64,000 nt of DNA from Marsupella aquatica (taxonomy: Eukaryota; Plantae; Marchantiophyta): positions 5,046,944 through 5,110,943 of the forward strand of contig OZ316894.1 of the NCBI GenBank assembly GCA_973895155.1. Reading direction: 5' to 3'. Below the pieces are notes generated by a model. That model worked only from the letters and a program-made list of their open reading frames with translations. It did no database searches and was not told the origin of the DNA. Both the position numbers and the translations under genes were made by a program. How positions within the stretch are numbered: position 1 is the first letter of the stretch; each line of letters opens with the position of its first letter. Shown piece after piece: positions 25,230 through 37,247 of this stretch.

Positions 25230-26159
25230 TAAGGACAAGGCGCAAGGACTTACTTTCGGGTGTCAAATTTATACCAGGGAAAGGGGATTGTACAGATAGT
25301 ACCTAAGGTAGACAAGATTGGGTTTGAAGACATATTGGTCTCTCCATGATGATGAGGGTCGATGGCCTCAAGGTTAGAGACGTTTTTGTAATATAAAGTA
25401 TAGTTGTAGAGTGAATGCCATTCATGAGGACCAGTTTTTGCACACGCTCATGGCAGGAGATGAAAGAGGAGCATTTGCGATGGTATTGTTGGTTCTCTGT
25501 ACGTGAATTGCGACAACCTGATCTGATGTTTTCTTCGAAGTAGACATGATAGGTGGATATTACCTGAGCCAGTTCTAGGTTTCAATTTAAGGTTCCGGTG
25601 TGATGAAAAGACTGTTTACGGATCTGAATACTGTGGGATACATTTTCAAGAGATTAGTGAATACAAATCGTCCGTCCATGGCATGTTGTGTTCTGATCTC
25701 CTTCCCTGAATCCCATGCGTGGGAAGCCTTAACAAACGCTCTCTACCCAGCGCAACGACATAGCGTCTGGATGTCCAGTCTCTGCCATCGACACGATGAG
25801 ACTTGCTCTCTGCGTTGAAATTTAGGTGTTTTGTCGTTCACTAACATCCAAGTCAGTGACATTGGATTCATTTGTTATGCATATGAGGTGACTGTTTATG
25901 GACTGCTTCTGGCAAGATTTCAAACTTTTACTATTTCTCGGAGTCCCCGCTTGAAACAGGTAGTTCGGTTACATGCACATAGAGGTGAAGCCTAGGTGGA
26001 TTGGATTGCTGTTCCAGATCTGCAACTACACTGAACAGTGTAGGCTGAGTGCTGCTGGGGGAACCTGGGTTGCCCCCAGTGGGTTCACTTGATGCAACAT
26101 TTCTCTGAGCTCTCCAGTCTACCCACGACACCACTTCGGAATATGAGCACTTTCCACAA

Positions 26160-26488
26160 TGTACCTTTTAAGAAATGTGCCACTCAAGTTGTTTGATAAC
26201 AGTCCCATAGTTTTTTTTTAAATGCCACGATTTAGCTGACACTGCCTACGTTCTTTTCTAGTGACATTGAGGTCGAGACATAGCTGATCGTCTGTTGTTG
26301 GACAGAAGAATGCAGCCAGTAAGGAGTTCCTATGTGTAAAACAAGGATGGAAACTGACTATTGGTTAAGTTGCTAGCTATGAGTTATAAGGCGTACACTA
26401 GAACGGTGGCATTTTGCAAACACTACAGAACTGTGGCAGTGTTGTCAATAAGCGCAACTTTAGTGGCATATCACTTTAAAGTTATTTC
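26160..26488. mobile_element. MITE-like element with long degenerate terminal inverted repeats (Mutator-like by appearance)
   Basis: Left ..aaatgtgccactcaagttg..aaatgccacg.. mirrors right ..ggtggcatttt..caacttagtggcatat.. over about 90 bp. TSD not identified. Confidence 0.6.
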
Positions 26489-27439
26489 ATAATGACAACA
26501 CTTCATGCAATATATCTGAGTTGAACTTCCATCTTCCACGGCAGATTGCACCGTGGGACAATATTTGAGTTTCCCCAAAAAATGACCATTTGAAAAAGTG
26601 GCAGAAAAAATTCCATGCTAAAACCTCTTCATCATCATACGATGGTTTTAATTTCTAATACAAAACACTTTGAAAAGTTGGAGAAAAAATTGCATTGTGA
26701 ACCTCTTCATTATCTCAGCATCGGTTTGCTTACTAATACAAAACACTGCTCCTATTTCACATGCCCAGCCTGGGTTCTTGTACCCTTTCTATACCATGAA
26801 GTATACAGTACCGAAACTGTTTTGGGTTCTCAACTAAGATATAGCTGGCTAGTCCTTAGACAGGCATATGACGAGAAGATGACCGAAAAAGGTTATTGCA
26901 CGTATTCCCAAAACTAGAAGAAGAAAAAATGTGTGTTAGGGGGAGGTAATCCAAAACAAAGTGCATATAGAAGTTGGCTATTACATTATATTTGATAAGA
27001 TAGAAGGGAAAACTGAACCGGTTAATTACACTGGATGTTAGAACTACACCTAATCATGACCTCCATACAACCAGAACATAAAGAAAGACAAGGTATTTGC
27101 CAGCTGCAAACCATGTGGCACTCACTTTGAAAAGGTACAACATGATATGCAAGAAGGCAAAGTCAGCTGTGCATAAGTGCAGCTTGTACAAGTGCATTCC
27201 ATGGTTAAGCCTAGGCTGGCCATGTAGTCCCCTAATAGAGCTTCAGCCTAGTCTACCATCACCCAATTGTTTGATGCTTACATCCAACATTCTTGGTTTG
27301 TTTACTTGTCCCGATTGCTTGTTTGGGAGGGCAAATCCTGACTGGGAACAATTCTGGCCTATATGAAAATCAGTCACTAAGTCACATGTTGGTTTAGACT
27401 TTGCCATACTTGAGACATGCAAGGGATGGAATTCTTTGA

Positions 27440-28050
27440 AGTTCAATCTCTCACCCATTGCCACTGTCTGAAGCAGAACAAACATAATCAAAAAGTGGGT
27501 GGGCCCACTGAGGTGCACTCAAAAATCCATGCAAGTAATCAGGTCCCATCTTGGGCTACAAAGGTTCCTACAATTGACAGGAAATCCAAAGGTCTCCTCC
27601 TACAAGACTAAGTGGTGTTCCTAATGATTTGAGTGAGGATTCTGGCGGAGCATTTCATCAATTCCTGATTGACTTTGAGACCAATCAAAAGAGAACTTAT
27701 CAGAGAACTGAGTGGTATCCACACCCACTAAGATTTCACTTGAGGTGTGTACTCAAGCCTATCTGCAGCACAAAACTTCTTGACCCTTGAGAGATAAAAA
27801 AAACAGAAGATTCCACTTCATTGCACAAGGAACCAAAGTGGTGCTTCAGCGGACTTGTGATGAGTTCTCTGGGTTTTCCATTCATTCTTGAGAGCATTGC
27901 ATAGTGTGAGCATCAAACTCTGGGACCCAAGGAATTGCCATACAAGCTTGTTCCCCATGTGAAAAGGGACATCGACTAAAATCTGGTCTTGCTCATCATG
28001 TGTGGCAATTACAAGAATTAAATAAAGTGAACTATGACTTTAACCTGCTC
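27440..28050 (-). mobile_element. degenerate LINE ORF1 (DUF4283 / zinc-knuckle-like) remnant
   Basis: Minus-strand translation across a frameshift gives LVIATHDEQDQILVDVPFHMGNKLV/MAIPWVPEFD, resembling the W-x-P-x-F pattern of plant L1 ORF1. A decayed CLFCFRQ knuckle-like motif follows, with many stops. Confidence 0.45.
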
Positions 28051-29441
28051 AACATTTATGTTCCTATTAGTCCTGCAGAACCACATCATCTACTGAAGCT
28101 TCCAAATGGTCACAAGATGGATTGAAATCAACTGTAGAGATGCATGACTCTTTGTTTTACTGTAGCCTGTGGTGTTTGCTTCAAAACACATTGCCCTCAT
28201 CCTTTTGGATGGGGGTATCAGGCAGAGCATATAAATGACTGAGTGCAATAATTCACTCACCACCTGAATATTTGTGTCCCACCTTTGGATACAAATTCCC
28301 GTCCTCATGTGGGTTTGCTGTAGACTAAATTGTGGTGGAGCTAAAGGCTGTGGTGAATCCTAAGTTGCCTGTGCAATTGTATGTCTGACGGTGGTTGCCT
28401 TTGCTGCTTATTCATGAGTTGTTTGTCTTCACTTGATCAGTCTGACTTTCTGTACTCCCTGACTCAATCCTTGATGTTTTGCTTGGCTTTGGGCAATGTC
28501 CCGGCAATGTTAGCACCTCCTCCAATGATAATCATGTTTTCTCTCTAGTCAGAATGCTATCAGATTTTTTTGATGCCACTTTTCCACTACCTCTAGTGAT
28601 CACTGGCTTTCCCAACATAGGTGTTGGGAGCAGAGGTGTTGCTTGGCTGCTCAATTGCTGCTAGTGTTGCTTGTAATGGACAAATGATTGTTGTCCTATG
28701 GAAGATTGATCTCCATAATTATCTCAAGCCCAGCTTAACAACTGACAATTGGGACTTGCTTGTTTAGGGTTGTGCTCATTTTCTATCTACTGTTGGGATA
28801 GATATGTGTGCTTCCTCTTCCCCTGTGATTGAAATTAAGCAACAATAATTGTTGCTTATTGTGCTCTGATTATGCCCTTTAAGTCTTTGGTATTTTCCTT
28901 GCTGGAACTACTTCATGTTATGTGATGTGATATGATTGTCCAATGGCATTCAATTGTCTCTTTTCAGACATAACACCATCTATGGGCCACCAAGATGGTA
29001 GCAGATCAATTCTCAGATGGGATCATCCCTCAATCATCCAGGTTGGACTTGGCCATATGTACTTTGAGTGGAATTTTGTACAAAGCATTTACAAAGATTT
29101 CTGCTTTTGCATCAATGATAGCCTTTTGAAGGGATGGACCAAGTGTGGCTTGTTGCAAGCTTGGCCCGAAACTTGGCCTGCAAAAGTTGGGGGGAGCATC
29201 CATAGTTCAGAAACGCAGTAAGCTGTCTAACAAGTGATTTGGAACCAAACTGTGCCCTTGAGCTATAGTCATCTACAGTAGGAGAGGGATTGAGATTTGA
29301 ATTTGAACCAGGTAGATGGTGTTGATCACATATTTGTATGGGGCCATTGTTAATGATTGAATGAGAGAATTATATATAATGTTTATTTAACCTAAAATTG
29401 CAATCCCTAATGTTTTCAGTTTGCTGCCCACCCTAACCTTC

Positions 29442-31229
29442 TGTCACTTGCTTATCAAACGACTAACACAACAAGCACCACATGGTTCCACTAAAAATCG
29501 TTTGTATCGTATGACGGGGACGTGGAGGGACGCTATATGGATAAATTTCCTACTAAGGATGAGTAGATTCATTTCCGCTCCCGAAAATGTATTTTTTGAT
29601 CAAGTCTATCGACTATACGTACTCTGCTTTTGATCAAGTCCCGTGGACTACCTTGTTTCTACTCCTCCTGGCCTTTGGCGAAGTGCTGTCACCACTCTCC
29701 CACTCACAGGGTCGACCAAGCCATGTAAGTTTCTCAAAATACTCATACTGGGGAAGAACATAATCGTGCAACCAAGAGAGGGAACAGCACACAAAAAGTC
29801 ATGAAAATCCAACCGAATCCATATCTATTAGTGGCCAAGGTAACACATTGCATGGGCAACCCGGTCTCCTACCGTCTACCCAACTCCGGCCTCACGGGAC
29901 AATAAGCCCTCTCCACCTCAATACTCCGGATCAATTCCCTATTCTTGTTGAAGGCTAATCCTCACAAAAACAACACTAGACTGAGTTCCCCCCTTGCTCC
30001 TACCGGGGCTACTGGTTAAATACCGAAAAACAACAATGCGTGAACACACAAGCCCTAGGGTGTGGCGGCGGCCACTGCCCTGGTTGGCCGCCATCCCTGG
30101 CGACGCCTCTAACCTAAAAGTCTTCTACACATGCGGCACACACATGCACTTCTAACCCTATTGCTACCTAAGTGAGGCCAACGGTGCCTTCGTCGGTCAT
30201 CACATCAACCAAACAAAACTAGACTAATGTCCTATGTAGGCCATGGCCTACCTTCCTACTACGGGGCGGCCAACGCCTCCCACTACTCTGGCCATGGAAA
30301 TAGCCGAAAGTAGAAGTTGCTCGAAATCTGGTCCTGAGAAATTTTCTGAGTAGCCACGGCCATCCTGATCGTAACCCCGAAAACGGCTCCCAAAACGGCT
30401 CCCAAAACGGACATCAGACGCCCGAGATATGGCCTACCGAGTCTCAAATCCTACCACGGCCAACATCACGTCCAAATCGTCCGTACGGTCCCCCCCCCAT
30501 CACGACATCAAATTGAGGTACCCTGGCCATGGCCACATGCCCTGACTTGGCCGGGTCACCCTCCTGAAGGCCGTACGGACGTCCGTACGGCGCCGAACCC
30601 TCATTCTTCACAAAAACGCTCCGGTCTGTATCTCTCTCATTTTAACTTCGTTTGAGGCGTGTCTTCCATCGTTAGATTTAGCTCGACGAGCTCCTTCCAA
30701 TAAGCCCATGAGTTCTTGATTCTGAGAAGATTGAAAAATTCGACTTTTGTGTGGCCAAGGTCCGTATGGCTCCCGTACTAACCGTCATTTGACTGCTTGC
30801 TTGTAGTAAGATCCTCATCTATGGATTGGCCACTGGAACCCTCACTGTCCTCCTGGCCGGGGTCTCATTGGGCTTGCCCTCCGGTGGCCGGGGCCCCTCC
30901 CCTCAAGCCACCTTACTGTTGGCCAACACCCTCCTTGGCCGGCTTGCTGCCTTGCAGACCACATGCCACCCAGGTCGGCTTCTTCCTCCCAGGCCGGCTC
31001 CTGCTGCCAGCTCAAGCAGGCTTGTTGTTTGGCCGACACTCTATTGGTTGGCCGACACCCAAAAGTGACGCTTGGCCACTCTCGCCTTTTGACCCGGCCC
31101 CCATTATGTTAATACTAGGGCCGCTTAAAAATAAAAAGATAGGAATCCCCCAACGCCTACATGGAAGGGCATTAGGGTACATGCCTTGTCTTGCCCCGGC
31201 CAGCCCCTTATCCTGAGGCTTGGCCGACA
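29442..31229. mobile_element. LTR-like repeat (probable solo or partial LTR)
   Basis: Starts TGTC and ends GACA. It is non-coding, carries internal palindromes (ccgtacggacgtccgtacgg) and an aaaacggctccc tandem, and its right end abuts the AT-rich island. No matching TSD. Confidence 0.5.
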
Positions 31230-32703
31230 ACTAAAATTAAGAGGACATAAAAACCATCAACACTCACCTCATCTTATTGTACGTAAACTATTTTTGGCGA
31301 GGTTGTAAGAGAACAAAAGCAAAAAAATTTGACACAAATCTATTTATTTACATGTGCGCGTCACTACTACCCTTTAAAATCATTCTTTGGGACCATTGGC
31401 CCCGTCACACCTTCCATCTGTTTTTCCTCCAATCCTAACCACTTTTGTCTTTTTTGTTTAATTCCCTTCAATCTCTGTCATTTCATTGGCTTGATGAGGG
31501 TCATCCATTTTCCCACATTTATTTAGAAAGTAGGTCCCAAAGCTAGGTAGCAATGCAAAAAATCTCAGCCATGCTGGCTTGAGGCAACAATTTATGGCTA
31601 AGAAACCTTTTGGATGCATCTCAGCTAGGATGCTGATATAGCCCGGCCAATAGCATAGAAATAAATCATAAAACCCCCAAAAAACACCTGACTAGCTGAA
31701 AGTGCACACTGTCAGCCCAAAGAGGCATGACTTTGTGGTAGCTCACTTGAGTAGGGACTGATAGGTCTTGGGTTCAATTATTGTGGCCTTTGTGTGGGGT
31801 TTCATAGATTTCATCACATACACATTGTCATCAATAATTATCAATATTTGATCTCTTTATCTAAGAAATCTAACAACATGCATATTTTCTTATAATCGCC
31901 CTGCACTCTTGTCCGCAGTCCTCTTTGTCAGCCATTGATAGATCAAATGCATCAATCAATCACATTGAACTGCTAGAGTTAATCATTGTTGTTTGTTAAG
32001 TTAATAAATTAGATATACAATATATATTTATTGTAATTTAAAAAGTAATAAAAATGATTACACGAGGTTTATTTTTCCCCTTTCTTTATTTTTTGACATG
32101 TTAATTTTAAAATTCTTACATTCTTACCATTCTTGGGTCTAGCTGTTGTTTTTGCCGATGTTGCAATAAAGATGAGTGGTTGTGTTTGTTTGTCATGCAT
32201 CCGTGTGTGTGACCAAAAGGGCTGATATGTTGCAAAGAAATGCCATTTTTTTTGCAAAAAACTTGTCATGGGGTCTGTAAAAAAGGTTGGTTTCTTATGT
32301 AATCAAAAATTATATCAACCAACCTCACATAAGCAGAGCTTGGTCCCCATAAGCGAGCCCATAAGATGGAAATATAATCTTTGTTTAAGCATACAACAAA
32401 AGTTCTTTCACACTAAGTAAGTTAACATAGAAAAAAAATCTAACTTTATGCTAAATGTATTTTGCCATTGTTGAAGTATGACTTCCTTCTTTATGATACA
32501 ATCATGACTCATCCCTTCCTCACGTAGTCAACACAATCAATTACGTGGTTCACCTCTTCTCCAAGGCTATGTCCACACGAACATAAAAACTCTCTCTCTT
32601 CCTCAAGTTGCTTTGTTACAATGAGCAAACATTATGTTCGAGTGGCTTACACTAGCCCTGGTATATGCAAAGTCACACACAACTAACCTAACCTCAGCTA
32701 AGT

Positions 32704-32989
32704 CTCGGGGGGTTGACTATAAATTTTTTTAGGAACCACGTGCGATCCAAAATAGGTATTTTTCATAGAAATTAGCTAAATTTTTAAAAAGTGTATGAAG
32801 CAAAAGAAGGTATTATAAACCCATATTTGTAGAATATTCTCTAATATATACCTTTTATAAAGTAAAATAGGTCATTAATATTGGAAGTTGAGAATATTTT
32901 TAGAATATTCATGTTATAAAATAGGTGTGTTTATATTAGGCTAGGATCGCATGTGGTGTCCCAAAATATACACTAAGTTAACCCCCGAG
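32704..32989. mobile_element. 286-bp MITE with 8-bp target-site duplication (hAT-type)
   Basis: TIRs CTCGGGGGGTTGACT / AGTTAACCCCCGAG; direct repeat AGCTAAGT at 32696-32703 and 32990-32997. Confidence 0.85.
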
Positions 32990-33279
32990 AGCTAAGTCCC
33001 TAATTGCCCTAACCTATGAGTCACAAGACTAAGAGCAATTCTTAATAACCAGTTCCAAGAAACAATTATTTTTCTCTAGCATGACGGACATATATTTATG
33101 TTTAAGCATAAAACTAACTTGTTTCTCATTAATTAAGTCAGAACAAAGAAAAAGTATTTCCTTTAAATGTATTTCATATCATGTCAGTGACACTATATAT
33201 AGTAATAGTATAGATTTTAATATCTAGAAAAATGTTTATTTAAGCAAAATAAGTGTGGGCACACTAACGTCTGTACTAG

Positions 33280-33450
33280 AAAAATGTGTGATTAAGAACA
33301 ATTTAGAAACTTCTAATAACACTCCAATAATAACACCCCAATTCTTTTTTGAGGGTGTGTATGAAATAAAATGTGTGATTAAGAACAATTTAGAAATTTC
33401 TAATAACACTCCAATAAGAACAATCCAATCTCTTTTGAGGGTGTGTATAA
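33280..33450. repeat. tandem duplication of ~88 bp
   Basis: aaaatgtgtgattaagaacaatttagaaa(c/t)ttctaataacactccaataa...gagggtgtgtat occurs twice. Confidence 0.9.
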
Positions 33451-34245
33451 AATTATTCTGCAGATGGAGACGGGGATGGAGATTATAATGTAGGTACGAT
33501 CAAAAGGTCAATATTTTGATTGAAAGATTTTGATTACTAGAAAAAATAACACCAAATGTGTTGTAATTTTATCAAACAAAAGCCTCAGATATTGATCTTG
33601 TGTTGCTTTTGGTGCAAGTGTTTATGGCTGTACCAGAAGAAAAGATACTGAAGATGATTTTAAACTAGTCTATTTTCATCTCTGCGATGTAAATCACTAT
33701 TTACAAGGTAAAGTAATTGAGCAAACAAAAGCTTCAGATGTTAATCTTGTGTGGCGAGAAATTTCTCCAAGCCATGCAAATAATAGGCTTTGCATCAATA
33801 GCGTTAAGGCTATGAGCATACATTAATAAAAGGCTTGTGGCTGGATGACTGACAAACAAAATTCCAAAAAGCCCATACTCTTTTTTCAACAATGTTGGGC
33901 CGCATCTCATAATATTTGAGAGAAGCTTTGATGGAGAAAGTCACCTAAAATTGTTCTTAGAACTGCAAGTAGATACAAACTCAAAGTTTGCTACTATAAA
34001 CTTTTCATTTGTGGTGTTGAAGATGACATATTTTGCCCGGCCCATGCTAGCCTACCATTCAAACCATTGACCTAGGTTGTTTTTCCCCCATTTTCTCACA
34101 AATTGTAATTAATTTTTTAATATATTCACAACAACATATTTGGAGGGCTACCTCATCTATATATCATGACCTATATACTTGCTCATGATATTTTTCCTAA
34201 TGGATATAATGAGAAAATTATAATTATGGCATAAAAGTTTGGTGC

Positions 34246-34500
34246 TCCGGGAGGGTCAACTTAGTGTTTATTCTGTGGTATCACTTGAGATCCTAGCTCA
34301 ATATTAATACACATATTTTATAAATCCAATAATATTTCCAATATTATTTTACTGTATAAAATGTACATGTTAAATATTCTATAAATGTAACTTTATAATA
34401 CCTTCTTTTGCCTCCTATGGTTTTTAAAATTTTAGCTAATTTATATTTCAAATACATATTTTGGATTGCAGAAAGTTCCTACAATTTTGAATAGTTTTTT
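34246..34500 (-). mobile_element. diverged reverse-orientation copy of the 32704 MITE
   Basis: ccgggagggtcaacttagtg...gatcctagc...ataccttcttttgc...atttagctaattt...tatttttggatt-like segments match the reverse complement of the 32704 element. Confidence 0.75.
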
Positions 34501-34831
34501 CCAACGTTTGGTGGGTCTTGAGCACATAGGCGGATAATTTTGTGAAATAATGGACAATCACATGCATAGACAACACAAGAGAGAAGCTATCTAGCAAAAT
34601 TGGATAAAATGATATAGTAAGTGGTGATGATCAATTTCAATAAAAATGTCCATTTTTGTATATCATGATTTTATATTATTCAAATGTATAAACTATATTT
34701 GAAGTATATTAAGTGTGTTGGTAAAATAAAATGATAAACCAACAAAATCATAAGCATATAAACATGAAGTATGTATGTGAACCATATTCATGCATCATAA
34801 ATTTGTCTCTTGTGATCCATAAACATATTCT

Positions 34832-36330
34832 ATGAGTATTTTTAATGTCAAAATATCCCAAAAAGAACTCCCGGAAGGAGCTCACGAGGTACGAGAAACA
34901 CTAGTAAATGATTGCACAAAGAATGAGGAGTTGCCCAAAAAGCTTATAAGGAAAGATTCACTAGGAAAGAGCTCTTTGTATCCCTTAGTTTACAAAGAAG
35001 ACATGGGCGATGAGAATAATTTGGACCCAAACAAATCAACAAATCAACTCACTCGATTGGATATTGAAGGACATGAATCTCATTTGGACGATGAAAAAAA
35101 ACAAAGAAGAACAATATAGACTTGGCTACGCACATCATAATAATTATGATAGTGTCTAGTGTCTTGTCTGTACGTATTGGACAACTTGGTTGGATTGCAA
35201 GACCAATTGTTATTATCCTCTTGTCCATGTGTGTACTTTATACTTCCAAGCAACTTGTAAATTGCTATCCTCATCCTAATCTTATGAAGGGAAGGCGCAA
35301 TTATATTTACATGGATGCTGTCAAATCTAACCTGTTACAAAAATGCTTATGTCATGTGTAGAATAGTGCAATATAATAACTAAGTTAGGACATCTATTGG
35401 ATATACTATCACCATCGCAACTGCTGCTAGTGCAATTGAAAAGGCAAATTGTTATTACCGAATTGTGGGCAAGAAGTTTGTTGGGCTTCCTCAACACCAT
35501 ATATTGCAGTTTATGGCATAATATAAATTCTTCTGCCATTAATTCCCAATTTCCATAAAATTTGGTGGATATCATATGTCACAGCTATCATGGCCTTGGC
35601 TTGGATATCATCAAATTTATAATAAATCTATCCACGCGTTATGAAGGTAATGAATTTATTCGAAGTAGTTCATTTTGGGAAAGTATGGATTGGTCCAACC
35701 ACTCAAACTAAAGCGCAGAAAGTTTAAAATATTGTCATTGCCCTAGAAAATATTGCATTTGCCTATGGTTATTTTATGGTTCTCATTTAGATTCAATTCA
35801 TAACTCTTTGAAGAGTTTCCCATCTAAAAGTAGGAAGAAACAAACCATAGTATGTGGGATTTCAGTATCCACATATTTTTATTTGACAATTGAAGTATCT
35901 GGTTATTGATCTTTGGTAATGAGATGTATGACAATATCTTGACTTATTTTGAGAGCCCATGTTGGTTCATAGATTTTCCAATGTTTGTGTTGTACGTCCT
36001 CCATCTTGTGAGAGCTTATCAGGTTTATACACAACTCATCTTTCAGTTTGTTGGGATGACTGTGAATAAAAAATTTGGTAGCAACAGAATTTTGACAAAG
36101 GCTTTTCAGTGAAATTGCAAAGAAATTTGTTAAGGTAAATCATTTATAGGTTGATTATGAATCCACTCAACACCGCTTTAGTTGAAAAATTTTGATTTTT
36201 GTCTTACATACATATCATCCACATTTTTCCTAAAATTGTCTCATGGGGTCTGCAACTACTTTTTATTAGTTCTTTAACATCATTTTTTTCATGAAATTGT
36301 GTTTTGTATACATCATGTTTTGTGTCCCCT
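34832..36330 (+). pseudogene. amino acid permease (AAP family) pseudogene, apparently intronless
   Basis: DDEKKQRRT..ATHIII..SSVLS..GQLGWIA..YTSKQLVNCYPHPNLMKGRRNYIYMDAVKSNL..IPNFHKIWWIS..ALENIAFAYGY..LHLVRAYQVYTQLIFQFV is collinear with plant AAPs and contains many stops and frameshifts. Confidence 0.88.
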
Positions 36331-36981
36331 AAAATCACTTTATGTCGGTCTAATACACCATCATATACCTACTATCATCATCTCTTTCAACAACTTGTGT
36401 TCGAATATACCATGTGTGTGTCTCATGATACCATCTCATTGTTTTATAATACATCATCATCTTTTGAAAAACTACTTGTAATCCTCTTAACATTGTATTA
36501 AAAGTCCCAACAACATCTATATGATGTGCGTTTATACATCTTTTATACATATCATATTGTGTATACTTAAAACACCATAGTATGTTGGAGATGTCCCTAT
36601 ACTTAAGGAAGGTCTCATATCAGACAAAATGTTGTAATTTGGGAAATGAACATTTAAAAACCCCACCTTAAACCTAAAAAAGGTTTTCATACATTTTTTT
36701 GGAAATTTCTTGCATATTTAATTTAGAAAGAGACCATTGGCTGTACTGAAACCCTCAAAATTAGATTAAAAGATCCATATTTTTTCTCACAAAAATTTAC
36801 AAACGTTTCGCTATATGTTGGAAAAGACCGTGTAAATATTTGTGTATCATAGATGAGAAGGAAATAAATGAGGACCCGGCATGGTACATGTTTCCAAAAT
36901 ACACCATACAAGAAATAGTACATAGAAAAATAATGGTATGAGCTTGTTTCTCACCAGAACAATGATTTCTCACATCTTACA

Positions 36982-37247
36982 CCGGGAGGTCAATTATTAA
37001 AAATTGTAGAAATCATGTGCGATCCAAAACAAGTATTTTTGATAAAAATTAGCTAATTAAAAAAGAGAGTAGAATGCAAAACTGACATTTAACAAATATT
37101 CTTGAATATATACTTTTTATAAAGTAAAGTAGGTAATCAAAATAGAGGATATTCTTACAATTGTTTTTGTATAAAATGAATGTATTTACATTAGGCTATG
37201 ACCCAACATGGCACCCCAAAATATACATGCGCTAAGTTAACACCCCA
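36982..37247 (+). mobile_element. third diverged copy of the 32704 MITE
   Basis: ccgggaggtcaatta...tgcgatccaaaa...aattagctaa...ttttataaagtaaa...cccaaaatatac...ctaagttaacacccc. Confidence 0.8.

Noticed and set aside
24634-25266. Long antisense and alternate-frame ORFs over the CDKC last exon
   Set aside because: These are shadows of GC-rich low-complexity coding sequence.
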